From an uncultured bacterium (GTDB lineage: Bacteria; Chloroflexota; UBA5177; JANWHV01), in contig CAWHAE010000020.1 of assembly GCA_963827235.1 (NCBI GenBank), positions 128,001-192,000 of the forward strand: DNA of 64,000 nt. The letters are read 5' to 3'. Position 1 is the first letter of the stretch. Each line of letters begins with the position of its first letter. Of this stretch, positions 50,021 through 60,227 are shown in pieces. Below the pieces are notes generated by a model that did not search any database, had not been told where the DNA came from, and worked only from the letters and a program-made list of their open reading frames with translations. The translations under genes were made by a program, and so were the position numbers.

Positions 50021-51148
50021 CTACTTCACCTCCAGACCGGGAACGGGTTCGGCAGTGACCGGTACGGCAGCCCTGCCCGCCGGCCGTGCCGGCGCCGCGG
50101 CAACTGCCTTGCCGCAGCGCGGACAGAAGCGATTCGCGTAGATGTGATGGTGGCAGTTTGGGCAATGGAACTCGTGTACGCCCATGTCCGCGGATTCCTC
50201 CAGCAGTCCCTCGTGGAGCACGTAGCGAATCATGATCAAGAGGACGCCGACAACCGCCGCCTGCCAGGCCAGAATCACGAGCTGCGAGAAGGCGCGATCG
50301 TTCAGCATCTGGCTCACCAGTACGAAGCCGACGTGCGCGGCGATAGCCAGCACGACGGCGCCAATCGCCCTGACGCGGAAGGCGCTGGCATCGAAGCGCC
50401 AGAGCGCGCACACGATGGCGCCCGTCGCGCTGCCGTGCAGCAGCGGCAGCAGCACGGCGACGGAGATCAGCGTGTAGACCCAGTTCGCCGGCTGCGTGTG
50501 AGTGGTCAGATCGTGCAGCACGGTGGAGAAGCGCACCACGGATTCCGCCGCGCTGAAGCCGAGCCCCGCGGCAACGCCGAACACAAGACCATCCACGCGT
50601 TCCTCGAACTTACCGCGCAGACGCACGGCCAGGGCCGGGATAGCCTTGAGGACCTCTTGCACGACCGGTACCAGCAGCCCCAGCCAGAGCAGCGAGGTCT
50701 TGTCGTCGCCGTAGACGCTCTGCATGGCGACGTTGCCCGTGGTCGACTTGACAATGATGGTGACCACGATGCCCAGCAGCACGCCGCCGCCTATCGTCAA
50801 GCCCAGCACCGGTGCCGGCTCGTCGCGGTAGACCTGAGCCTCGTACAGGTAGGTCAGGTACAGAATCGGTACCAGGAACGCCGCGCACAGCAGCGCCGTC
50901 GCCACCAGCCCGGCCACGTCCAGGACGAGCACCAGGGCTACGCCGGCGATCAGTGCCCAGCGAAACTCGTGTATCTTCTGGTGGCCCAGGTGCGGCAGCA
51001 GGGTCGTCAGCACGCCGGGGTGGAACACATGCTCGCCCGGGTGCGCCGCGTAGTGGGCGTATCGCGAGGCATCCGCCAGCTGCTTGCGGCCGCACGCCGT
51101 GCAAAACATGCCGTCCGGTACCTCCTTGCCACAATCAATGCACCTCAT
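50021..51148 (-). CDS. PrsW-like intramembrane metalloprotease with N- and C-terminal zinc ribbons
   Basis: CIDC..FCTAC; YRDEP, QEVLK, DGLVFGVAAGLGFSAAE, LLHG, AAH; CPNC..FCPRC. Confidence 0.78.
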   Translation of the reverse strand: MRCIDCGKEVPDGMFCTACGRKQLADASRYAHYAAHPGEHVFHPGVLTTLLPHLGHQKIHEFRWALIAGVALVLVLDVAGLVATALLCAAFLVPILYLTYLYEAQVYRDEPAPVLGLTIGGGVLLGIVVTIIVKSTTGNVAMQSVYGDDKTSLLWLGLLVPVVQEVLKAIPALAVRLRGKFEERVDGLVFGVAAGLGFSAAESVVRFSTVLHDLTTHTQPANWVYTLISVAVLLPLLHGSATGAIVCALWRFDASAFRVRAIGAVVLAIAAHVGFVLVSQMLNDRAFSQLVILAWQAAVVGVLLIMIRYVLHEGLLEESADMGVHEFHCPNCHHHIYANRFCPRCGKAVAAAPARPAGRAAVPVTAEPVPGLEVK

Positions 51149-51370
51149 ACCTGATCCCCTTTCGACGACGTCGCGATCTCACGGCCCCGGCCAGCCTGCG
51201 CGGCCGCGAAGTGTATGGATAGGAGAGCCTCTCGCTACCCGGCATGCTATCTCGAGGCCGTTGCCCGGCTGTTTCCTCGCGACACACACCGCCGATGGCA
51301 GGTGCCGTGGCCCGCGGCTCTCTGGGCTGCACCGGCACCGCCGGGAGGCTCGCGCTCTCCGCGGTGATCG

Positions 51371-51403
51371 CGTCTTGTGTACGGCCCGTGCCGTCTTGTG
51401 TAC
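51371..51403. repeat. 12-bp perfect direct repeat with 21-bp period, possible regulator site
   Basis: CGTCTTGTGTAC at 51371-51382 and 51392-51403, about 220 bp upstream of the prsW-like gene. Confidence 0.5.
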
Positions 51404-51918
51404 TGGATAGCCGAGCCGGCCGGTAACATGCCTGTCTCCCGGCAGAGCGACGCGCGCTTCTCCACCTCTCCGCTTCCCACGGGCACGGCACACAGCGCGG
51501 TCGCGCCCTCGTCGCCGCGGCCTTGGCGAGAGTGCCGGCCGGTCTGACCGGATCCCGTGCTCGAGCGTAGCTGCTGCGCCCCGGCCTCCCCGCAACAGCG
51601 GCGGCTCGTGGCACGCATCGCGGGCCCGCGGCCGCGGCTGCTCCGACGCGCCTGCCAATTGCTCGCCAAGACGCCACGGCTCGCTGCCGGCGGGCCGAGC
51701 ACGAAGCAGTCGCGGTGCTCGCCCCGCTACGCCGGTGCGACCGCGCCGCCAACCCCGCGGTAGCCGTGTCTCATCGCGGTTGCCGCCATGGCCGGCCCCC
51801 TGCGGGCGCCGCTGGCGAACAGAGTAGCCGCCTTAAGCCGGCGCCGCGGCCGGGCGCCTCGCCATCGAAAGTCTGCTGCTCTGGCCCCGGACGGTGGAGA
51901 GCCTTCGCCGGAAGCGCC

Positions 51919-52818
51919 TCACTCCGCCAGGCGATCGAGCAGGGCTCGCGAGATAAGGCTCGAGGAGCTGGCTTTCCGGCTGCAGGTATGGCGGGCAGCG
52001 ATCAGGCCTCGCTGGACAGAAGCCTCCAGATCGCGGCCATCCAGCACATGGCCGGCCAGAAACCCGACCGCGAGCCCGTCGCCGGCGCCGTTAGTGTCGA
52101 CCACCGGCAGGTCGAGCTCCACCGGCGCGAAGAGCTTCACGCCGCCGGCCGTGCCGAGCGCGCAACCGCGGCTGCCCATGCCCACGACCACCACCTGCCG
52201 CGGTCGCGCGGCGATGCATTCGCGCATCATGCTCGTCGGGTCCGCGAGGTTTACGGCAGAGAAGAACAGGATATCGGCTGCTTCGATGAAGTCGCGCCGA
52301 TAGGGATCGTCCAGCGACACGACGTCCTGGATGTCGCATGAGACTACCATGCCCAGCGATCTGGCGGGCTGAAGCAGATAGCGGGTCCAGTTCTCGATGT
52401 TGAAGTGCGCCAGCCTGGCACGAGCGAGGACGGCGCGGCAGGCCTCGAGGTCGGGCCTCACGTCCATGCTGCCCTTGCCGTCGAAGAAATTGCGGCGGCG
52501 CCCGTCCCGATACATCATGTTGATGCTTCGCCGCGTGCCTTTGGGGTCGTGGAAGAGGGTCAGGTCGATGCCGTCATGCCCCAGCTCGGCGGCGACGAAG
52601 TCGCCGTGGTAGTCATCGCCCACGTAACCGATGAAGCCGGTCTTGTAGCCCAGCTGAGCGAAGCCGCGACTGGAGAAACCGCCCGCCTGACCGACGTAGT
52701 CCAGGTTCTCGGAGAAGTTGCCCTCGACGTCGAAATCGACGTCGCGCCCGGCGAGATACACGCATGTGTCGATGCCCACGGCGCCCAGCACCACCACGTC
52801 CAGAGCCGGCGGCCTCAT
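51919..52818 (-). CDS. PfkB family carbohydrate kinase
   Basis: VVVLGAVGID, IGYVGDDYHG, VVDTNGAGD. Confidence 0.9.
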   Translation of the reverse strand: MRPPALDVVVLGAVGIDTCVYLAGRDVDFDVEGNFSENLDYVGQAGGFSSRGFAQLGYKTGFIGYVGDDYHGDFVAAELGHDGIDLTLFHDPKGTRRSINMMYRDGRRRNFFDGKGSMDVRPDLEACRAVLARARLAHFNIENWTRYLLQPARSLGMVVSCDIQDVVSLDDPYRRDFIEAADILFFSAVNLADPTSMMRECIAARPRQVVVVGMGSRGCALGTAGGVKLFAPVELDLPVVDTNGAGDGLAVGFLAGHVLDGRDLEASVQRGLIAARHTCSRKASSSSLISRALLDRLAE

Positions 52819-53178
52819 GTGTTCGCGATCCTTCCACGTGGCTGGGGCCGCCGCGTGCACCGCCGTCTTGGCGGCCGCGCTGGACACCGGCGCGTCAGGT
52901 GTACGATACCGTATCGCCGCTATCTCCGCCTGCGGCACAGCAGGAGCCGACCTGCATCCTGTGGACCGCGGTGTCGGTCCGGCGCTTCCCGGATTGCGGC
53001 TGTCTCAGGCGTGCCTGCCACCGCTTGCGTCGCCGTGAGGCAACGGGTCGTTGCCTGGCTTGCCCCTAGGCCCTCCCGGGCTACCATGGACGAGTGAGCG
53101 GATTTGGGTTGTCTATCTCACGCCGGGCGCGGCCTGCTATGGAAGAGTGCTCGCGATTGTGAGTTCTGATCGCGGATC

Positions 53179-53282
53179 ATGAGCGAATACCAGTACTACG
53201 AGTTCCAGGCGGTTGACCGACCGCTCAGCCCGGAGGAGAGGGCAGAGCAAGGCTGGACAAAGCCGGGCTGACGAAGACCTGA
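53179..53282 (+). pseudogene. Internally deleted remnant of a conserved hypothetical gene
   Basis: MSEYQYYEFQAVDRPLSPEE joined, in another frame, to RLDKAGLTKT*; these match the N- and C-termini I recall for one ~400-aa family. Confidence 0.6.
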
Positions 53283-53664
53283 GCGGTGCGGCCCCGTCGA
53301 CCTGATCGCGCGGAGCTACCGCGGGCATAAGACTAACTGTCGAGAGCCGCGCCACGAGTGGCTGCACGCGACCGTATCGCTGCTGCGATTCCTGCAATAG
53401 GCTCGAGCGCAACGTTGTGGATGGCCTCGCCTTCGTCACAGTCTCCGTCAATAACTTGCTCAATTTACTCGTTCTATGGGTCGTGGATTCCCCTGGCAGA
53501 TTATAGGTTGAGGTGAGTACATTCCAGGTAAATGGCCCGCCGGAGAACAGCGTGGTGGCGAATAGCGCCGGCGACTCGGCGCCGGTGCGATGCGACACAG
53601 GGAGAAGTGCCGGCAGGGGATGACCGCCACGCAGGCTGCCATCCCCTGGGCGCGTATCGCCGGA

Positions 53665-54819
53665 CTACGGACAGGGAGTCCTCGGCCTGCTCCCGATGGT
53701 GAGCGTGACCGTCGATCCAAGATTGGCAAAGGCACCCGCGCCCGGCCGCTCGGACATGATCCGTCCGAGGTAGTTGCAGGTCCGATCAACCGCCGAGGTG
53801 ATGGCGGCGCCGAAGCCCGCGGCACGCACGGCTGCGATACCTGCCGTCGAGGTCCGGCCCACCACCGACGGTACGACCCCGCCGGGCAGCATCGGCACCT
53901 CACTGACGCCTTCGTAGGCATACTGGCTGATGAATGCCCAGCTCAGCTCGGCCCATCCGTTCAGTCCCCAGCTTGTGCCCCACTGGTTCTCGACCCAGAC
54001 CCCGTTTGCGTCGTACTTGCTCGCGAAAACCGCGTGACCGCCGCGAGACGTCTCGTTGGCCAGGGGCAGGCCCACCAACGGGTTGGAGGCACTGGCTCGA
54101 TCGAATTCCGGATAGATGGGGATGCCGAGCACGACCGGGTTGCCGCCGGCCATGGTGGACTCGATCCAGCTCTGCAGGTTTGGGCCGCCGCCCAGATTGG
54201 TGTAGGAAGCGATCCTGATGTGCGAGGCGTTGGCTCTCTCGGCGGCCGTCGGTAGGTCCCAGTAGTCGTAGTCACCCTGGCCGTAATCGGCGCGCGTGTC
54301 AATGCCCTGCTCCAGCAGGTTGAGGTTGTCGCTGAAATACGTGCCGACGTTCTGGCCGTGTACCAGCTGGCTGTAGAGGAACATCGGGGAGTAGCTGCCC
54401 GTGCCGCCGGTCCCACCGGCCGGGTAGTATCCGTCGCGGCGGGCGTACCAGCCTCGCAGGTAGTAGCCCGTGGCCCAGGAGACGCAGGAATCGACGCCGC
54501 CCTGGTCGCCGACCGGCGGATCGAACTGGCTCAGGTCGACAGTCCCCGGCAGCGCCTTCAGGATGTAAGGGGCAAGTTGGGCGGCGCGAGGCACTGCCGG
54601 ATTGGGCAGAAAACCGAGCGCGTGGATGCCGGTTCCCGGTACGCCGTTGGCATGCAGCGCCGCGATCGGCGGCGTCAGCGGCGCGGCGGCGGTAGCCTGC
54701 GTCTGAGTGCCGGGGAAGACGGCAGTGCCGGCCGCGTACGCGGGGTGGACCGCTGCCAGCACGAGCACCGCCAGTGTTGCCTGTGTGAACAACCGGCGCG
54801 GATGGGTGAGCATGTTCAT
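53665..54819 (-). CDS. Secreted papain-like (C1) cysteine peptidase with C-terminal PASTA domain
   Basis: Signal peptide; DQGGVDSCVSWA, GGHAV, ENQWGTSWG; VPSVVG...AAGF...VTLTIG. Confidence 0.85.
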   Translation of the reverse strand: MNMLTHPRRLFTQATLAVLVLAAVHPAYAAGTAVFPGTQTQATAAAPLTPPIAALHANGVPGTGIHALGFLPNPAVPRAAQLAPYILKALPGTVDLSQFDPPVGDQGGVDSCVSWATGYYLRGWYARRDGYYPAGGTGGTGSYSPMFLYSQLVHGQNVGTYFSDNLNLLEQGIDTRADYGQGDYDYWDLPTAAERANASHIRIASYTNLGGGPNLQSWIESTMAGGNPVVLGIPIYPEFDRASASNPLVGLPLANETSRGGHAVFASKYDANGVWVENQWGTSWGLNGWAELSWAFISQYAYEGVSEVPMLPGGVVPSVVGRTSTAGIAAVRAAGFGAAITSAVDRTCNYLGRIMSERPGAGAFANLGSTVTLTIGSRPRTPCP

Positions 54820-55393
54820 TCTTTGACCTCCTGCATGGACGCTGGTCGATGCCGCGGGAAGGGCGCTTCGTATACCCCTTCCACTGCAAACGCATCATGC
54901 TCACCACTCTGCACCGTGGCAGGACGTACCACCACCCAAGACACACAAATCGACTCCCAAAATGACCCCTAATAACGATCCGGTCCGATCCGGCTCGGCG
55001 CAGCCGCGGAAGCCGCAGAGACTCACTTCGGCCATGGCCGAGCCCCTGCTCGGGGACGGGGCATGCGCATTCCGGCCCGGGATGGTGCTCCGCCGGACTA
55101 AAGCGTGAGGTCGGAGCCCCTCACCAGCAGTCCGCGACGGTGGCGGCCGGCTGGCGGGCACCGTCTGCAGGGCTACCGGCGCGCAAACCGGGCACGGTAA
55201 CGAACTCAGGCAGCTCACACCGCTGGAAGTATCGACGCCAATCACAAGGTTGGCAACTCTGCCTCTGGATCACCTGGAACGACGATAACCTCAACGTCGC
55301 GAGACATGTGGCGGCAATGGTGCCGTAGCAGCGCACCATCGCTTGCGCTCCCTTAAGCTCGAGGACGCCGGAAGCGATACGGCGGGACGCCTG

Positions 55394-56380
55394 CTATTGC
55401 CCCACGTAGTGCAGGATCCTGCCGCCGTCCGTTTCCCCGGCTCCCACGGCCCAACAGTGGCTCGCGTCAACACAGGCCACGCCCCAGAGGACGGTGGCTG
55501 GGCCGCTAGGCTGCCTCGACCACGTTGCTCCGCCGTCCGAGGTGTGCATGATCACTCCAGCCATGCCCACGGCCCAGCCCCGACGCACGTCCGGAAAGGC
55601 TATGCTGGTGAGTTCAGCGTTGATGGCGAGCGTACCGTGCCAGGTTGACCCGCCGTCCGTGGTTCGCAGGATCGAGCCGCCGGTGCGAAGGATCCAGCCG
55701 TGACGAGCGTCACGGAACACCACGCGGTAGAAATCAGAGTCGGTGCCTGCTATGTCCTTGACCGTCCACGTCCCTGTGGTGATGTTCGTCGTGTGCATGA
55801 CCGAGAGGCCGACGGCCCACCCGCCGGCACCCGCAGTCGTCACACTGTCCAGCTGGCCCACACCGGTGGCTTGAGCCTGCCAGGTGCCCCCGCCATTCGT
55901 GGTGTGCAGCATCGCAGGATCCGGCATCCCCGATCCGCCTACTGCCCAGCCGTTTCGGCTATCGGCAAAGGCCACGCCCTCAAGTAGCTCTGTGGTGCCG
56001 CTCTTCTGGGCAGCCCAGGTGGCCCCGCCGTCATCGGTGTGGAGAATCGTGCCGGCCACACCCACGGCCCAGCCGTGCCGCCTGTCGACAAAGGTCACGT
56101 AGCGGAGCACGGCGTCCGTGTGGCTGGCCTGGGCCTTCCAGGTGACCCCACCATCATCCGTGTGCAGGATGGTGCCGGCATCGCCCACGACCCAGCCGTG
56201 CTGGTCGTCAACAAACGCTACACCGACGAGCAGCTGCGTGGTGCTTTTCGCCAGTGCCCAGAGCGTTGCAGGACTCTGGGACGCCCGAGCCCCAGGCACC
56301 GCCTGCCAGGCCGAGAGCAATATCCCCAGCAGTAGTGCCACGCGCAAGATATCCCCGCGTATGCCCGTAGATGCGTGCAT
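55394..56380 (-). CDS. Secreted YCF48-related beta-propeller
   Basis: Signal peptide; repeats of V.F.D..HGWAVG..GTILHTDDGG.TW. Confidence 0.85.
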   Translation of the reverse strand: MHASTGIRGDILRVALLLGILLSAWQAVPGARASQSPATLWALAKSTTQLLVGVAFVDDQHGWVVGDAGTILHTDDGGVTWKAQASHTDAVLRYVTFVDRRHGWAVGVAGTILHTDDGGATWAAQKSGTTELLEGVAFADSRNGWAVGGSGMPDPAMLHTTNGGGTWQAQATGVGQLDSVTTAGAGGWAVGLSVMHTTNITTGTWTVKDIAGTDSDFYRVVFRDARHGWILRTGGSILRTTDGGSTWHGTLAINAELTSIAFPDVRRGWAVGMAGVIMHTSDGGATWSRQPSGPATVLWGVACVDASHCWAVGAGETDGGRILHYVGQ

Positions 56381-56716
56381 AGCCCGATCTCCCTTCGCCT
56401 CTCAAGGCCGCAAACAAGCGTTAGGCAGCGCCGAAGCCAGCCAGACATGATGCCGGGGATCGTCCAAAGGCCGCAGCCATTTCCGCAAGAATCATACTGC
56501 TCAGGAGTTGGGAGGTTCAAGATCGATGGCGAACGCGAAGCGTGCAGCGGTCGCGACTCATCTCTCCTGAAGACCGTGCACGGTGCGCCATTCGCAGATC
56601 GTTTACCGATAGTTCACAGGTGAGCACATCGTGGTTGCGGTTCGGCAATACTCGGTTGCTAGAGTTGGGTTGTACATCACGTAGGTGGTGGCACGTGTAC
56701 CGGGAAGGAAACAACC

Positions 56717-57106
56717 ATGAAGGCGTTCTGCATGTCCGGCATCCGGTTCATCGGGGGTTTGGCGGTCGCCGGGTGTCTCGCGTTGCCCGCGCTGCTGCCC
56801 GCGGCGGCCCAGGCGGGATCCGTCCCTACGATTGCCGCGGTGGTGAGTCCGGCCGCGATGCATCTCCATGTTCAGGGCTGGCACTTCACGCCCGGCAGCA
56901 TCGTCGAAGTGCACGCCGAGTACTTTCCCATGACGAAGGGCACGATCAAGACGATCACTGCGAACCTGGTCGGCGCATTCGCCGTGAACCTCCCGGTGCT
57001 GCCCCTACGGTGCGGCGTCGAGACCATCGACGTGTCCGCCTCGTACAACCTCTTCGAGTTGGCTAGCAACCTGGTGACGCGGAACGTGCACTTCTCCCCC
57101 TGCTGA
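56717..57106 (+). CDS. Secreted hypothetical protein
   Basis: GGAAGG RBS; signal peptide ending AAQA; beta-rich mature part (VQGWHFTPGSIV). Confidence 0.6.
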   Translation: MKAFCMSGIRFIGGLAVAGCLALPALLPAAAQAGSVPTIAAVVSPAAMHLHVQGWHFTPGSIVEVHAEYFPMTKGTIKTITANLVGAFAVNLPVLPLRCGVETIDVSASYNLFELASNLVTRNVHFSPC

Positions 57107-57573
57107 ACGCCAAGTGCTCTCCGAGCTGCCGCGTGGCGTGTCTTGCCAGACGTTGGTCGCCGGCTCAGTCTGTCCCGTGCAGCCGATCGAGCTACCGCTC
57201 TTCCTGGTACTCTGGTCGGCGGCAGGAGTTACCAGCGTTTCTGCCGGGCCAGCCTATCGGAAGGTTCCAGCACGAGAACGCATCGACGAGCAGCCGCAGG
57301 GCATCCCCACGTATTGCAAAATAGAACAGTCTAAACTATTATCCTCCTGCAGCTGTATATGGTTGCCTGCCTATCCTGCGTCTCCAACGTGAAGCCGCGC
57401 TGACCGGGCAGCGTTGCCTGCGCCCGCTTGCGGCGACTAGTGTGAGGCCGCGACGAGAACCCCCGGCCGGCGGCCCTGAGGCCGGCAAGCAATCCGTCGC
57501 AACACAGGGCCTGGTCACGAAGACGTCGAGCGGCCGAGCCTGCCCCAACCGGCGAGGAACAGGAGGGGAACCG

Positions 57574-58806
57574 GTGCACCGCTCTCGCGCCCTGTGGCCA
57601 TACCTTGCCGGCCTCACGCTCAACCTGACGGCCCAATGGATGGCCAGGACGGGGATGCTGATCTGGGTGTACAGTCTCACCCGTTCGGCGCCGGCCGTGA
57701 GCCTGGTAGGCTTGGTCGAGGCGGTGCCGTTGCTCGTCACCGCGCCGTTCGCCGGCGTGCTCGTAGATCGCCTCTCGTACCGGCAGGTGCTGATCGCCAG
57801 CACGGCTCTGCAGGCGGTCCTGGTTTTGCCGCTGCTGCTTGCCCGGGGCCCGCTGGCGGTTCCGCTGATCCTCACGGTGACCTTTACCCTCGGCATCGTG
57901 GCACAGGTATTCGGCGCCGCGTCCGGCGCCATCGTGCCCACGCTCGCGGGCCCTGCCCGGCTTGGTTGGGTGAATGGTGCGAGTCAGTTGATACTCGGCT
58001 CCGTGATGGCGGCGGCGCCGGGGGCGGCATCGGCTGTCGTGTGGCTCCTCGGTCAAGACGGCCTGGTGCTGGTGCTGCTCGTATGCTGGCTGGCTGCCGT
58101 GCCCGTGCTCGCCGCCTTGCCGGCCGACGCACGCCGGGGTCTCGCCCGCCGCCGGACCACTGTGCGCGCCGAAGTTCGCGCCGGGTTGACCTATACTATC
58201 CGCACTCCGCTGGTCCGCGATGTCATCGCCGTCGCCTGCGTGGCGTCCCTGGGCACGGGCGGACTGAACGCCCTGCACGTTATCTTTGCCACGCGTGCGC
58301 TCCACCTGGCGCCGGCTCAGGGTGGGGTGTTGATCGGGGCGGTGGGAGCCGGTCAGTTGGCCGGTGGTCTCGTGGTGCTGGCGGCCGGCTCTCGCATGCG
58401 CGATCGCTATCACCTGCTGCTGCTGGGCACCATGTCTGCCAGCAGCGCCAGCCTCGTCTGGTACGCCTGCTCGCCCAACCTGGCCTGGGCAGTGGCTGCC
58501 CTGTTTGTGCGCGGCCTCACCCTCACGCTCACCGTGGTGGCACTGACCACCCTGGCCCAACTGGCCACCGCGCCCGAGTTCCTGGGCAGGGTCTTCAGCC
58601 TGGTCAGTGCCGCCCTGGCGGTGGCGCAGCTGCTCTCCTACTCGGCGAGCGGTGTGCTGGCGCAGTGGGTTGGCATCCGGCCGGCGATCGGGTTGTCCAG
58701 CGCGACCCTGCTCCTCGCCGTCGCCGTCACCATCTTCCGGATCCGCGCTACCCCTGCCATGGCGAGCGAGCCGTCGCGTGAAAGGCTCTCTCTGGCGGTC
58801 GAGTAG
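57574..58806 (+). CDS. MFS transporter (DHA3-like)
   Basis: AGVLVDRLSYR, PEFLGRVFS, about 12 TM; GTG start after AGGAGG. Confidence 0.88.
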   Translation: MHRSRALWPYLAGLTLNLTAQWMARTGMLIWVYSLTRSAPAVSLVGLVEAVPLLVTAPFAGVLVDRLSYRQVLIASTALQAVLVLPLLLARGPLAVPLILTVTFTLGIVAQVFGAASGAIVPTLAGPARLGWVNGASQLILGSVMAAAPGAASAVVWLLGQDGLVLVLLVCWLAAVPVLAALPADARRGLARRRTTVRAEVRAGLTYTIRTPLVRDVIAVACVASLGTGGLNALHVIFATRALHLAPAQGGVLIGAVGAGQLAGGLVVLAAGSRMRDRYHLLLLGTMSASSASLVWYACSPNLAWAVAALFVRGLTLTLTVVALTTLAQLATAPEFLGRVFSLVSAALAVAQLLSYSASGVLAQWVGIRPAIGLSSATLLLAVAVTIFRIRATPAMASEPSRERLSLAVE

Positions 58807-59278
58807 CCTTCCACACACGCTGGATGCCCTCGACCTCGAGCAGCTCACCCGGGTTCTCCAGCTCAACCTCGTCGGCCTGGTGGCCATGATGCAGGCCGTT
58901 CTGCCCGCCATGCGCGCCGCGGGACGTGGTCGCATCGTCAATCTCAGCTCGGGCACGACGCGCATGGTGCTTCCCGGCACCGGCTCCCACGCCGCCACCA
59001 AGTCGGCCGTCAACATGATCAGCGCCGTCGCCCGCAAGGAGCTCGAAAAGGACGGCATCGCGGTCTCCCTGGTCCTGCCGTCGATCACGGCTACCGAGTT
59101 TGGCGGCGGCCGCTACCAACCTCGTCAGGAGATCCGGCCCGGCATGATCGCCCACGGTCCCGACTACGTCGCACGCGTCATTCTTCGCGCCCTGCGCACC
59201 GGCGAGGAGTGCATCGACATCCCGCACGGTCCAGAGCGCCCCGATATCGACGCCATCGCGACCGCCTCGAGCCTGTAG
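58807..59278 (+). pseudogene. 5'-truncated SDR oxidoreductase
   Basis: QLNLVG...GRGRIVNLSS...SHAATKSA; no TGxxxGIG or start codon; catalytic YxxxK reads HxxxK. Confidence 0.75.
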
Positions 59279-59289
59279 ATAGCCTGTCG

Positions 59290-59539
59290 AGATTGCTTGA
59301 CCGATCACTAGCGCGGTGAGGCCCTCAAGGCGGCCATCGGCAGGACACTGGACGCCGCTTAAGCCTGGATTGGCGTGCCGATACAATACGCGCGCTTCTG
59401 GCAGGAAGGCCGGTATGTCCGGCATCCTTTGCTCGGCGACCACGAGCAGTGGCACGATGCGCCAACGTCGTTCCCGGCGGCGGGCAAAGCAGTGCTGCCC
59501 GTACCGGCGCAATACCAGGACATTCCCTATGTGTGGTGA
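59290..59539 (+). pseudogene. Possible decayed 3' gene fragment
   Basis: Frame DH*RGEALKAAIGRTLDAA*AWIGVPIQYARFWQEGRY...YQDIPYVW* is protein-like with two internal stops; family not recognised. Confidence 0.35.
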
Positions 59540-59651
59540 TGCCGCGACGAGATCTACACGCCGCGACGATGCCTCGGGATTCACCCCTTATCTTTACCCA
59601 CATTTATCAAGCCAGGAAATGCGCGGGGTGCGGCACGAAGACCAGGTACAT

Positions 59652-59973
59652 ACACAGCGCGAAGGAGCTAGCTGCCTCCATCGCCATGGAGGCCGCCGAA
59701 CACGTGGAGCCCCTCCCCCGGAAGACGGCTGCAGAGGTCGAAGCCGACATGACCACACCCGAGCACCGGGCGCCGGTCGAGGCGGAACTGGCAGACGTGC
59801 TGATACTGTGTCTCAGCATGGCGAATCGGCTTGGCATCGATGTAAGCAGCACCGTCAGCGCGAAGCTGGATGTGAATGCCACTAATTATCCTGCTGACTT
59901 GGTGCGCGGGAGTGCCAGAAAGTATGCGGATTATAGGCATAACGCGAACGGCCGAACACAGCCGCTCAGTTGA
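59652..59973 (+). pseudogene. MazG-like nucleotide pyrophosphohydrolase, N-terminally degraded
   Basis: HSAKELAASIAMEAAE...EAELADVLI...GID...KLDVN..NYPADLVRGSARKY; lacks the usual F..ERDW N-terminus. Confidence 0.7.
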
Positions 59974-60227
59974 TAGCGCCTTTACTCGCTCGGGCAGGCC
60001 GTGCGATCAACCTCAGCTTGATGATGATGTCGCGCAGACAGTAGAGCCTCTCCCGCGCCAAGCAGACATCGTCTAGGTCCAGTTTGCGACGCTGCGGCCA
60101 GCCGCCATCTCGTCATCTGTCAGCCGCATGGTGATAGATGAAGTAGCCAAGCGTGGACTCGGAATATGCCTGGGGGACGAGTAGCGCGTCGTTACGACGA
60201 TTGTCAGACCTGAGCGTGTCCGCGCGA

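Noticed and set aside
27262-56380. Photosynthesis genes suggested by YCF48-like and PsbP-like domains
   Set aside because: These are generic folds and no photosystem genes are in the window.
49574-59088. ORFs 49574..51154(+) and 57331..59088(-)
   Set aside because: Antisense shadows of the prsW-like/zinc-ribbon genes and of the MFS/SDR genes.
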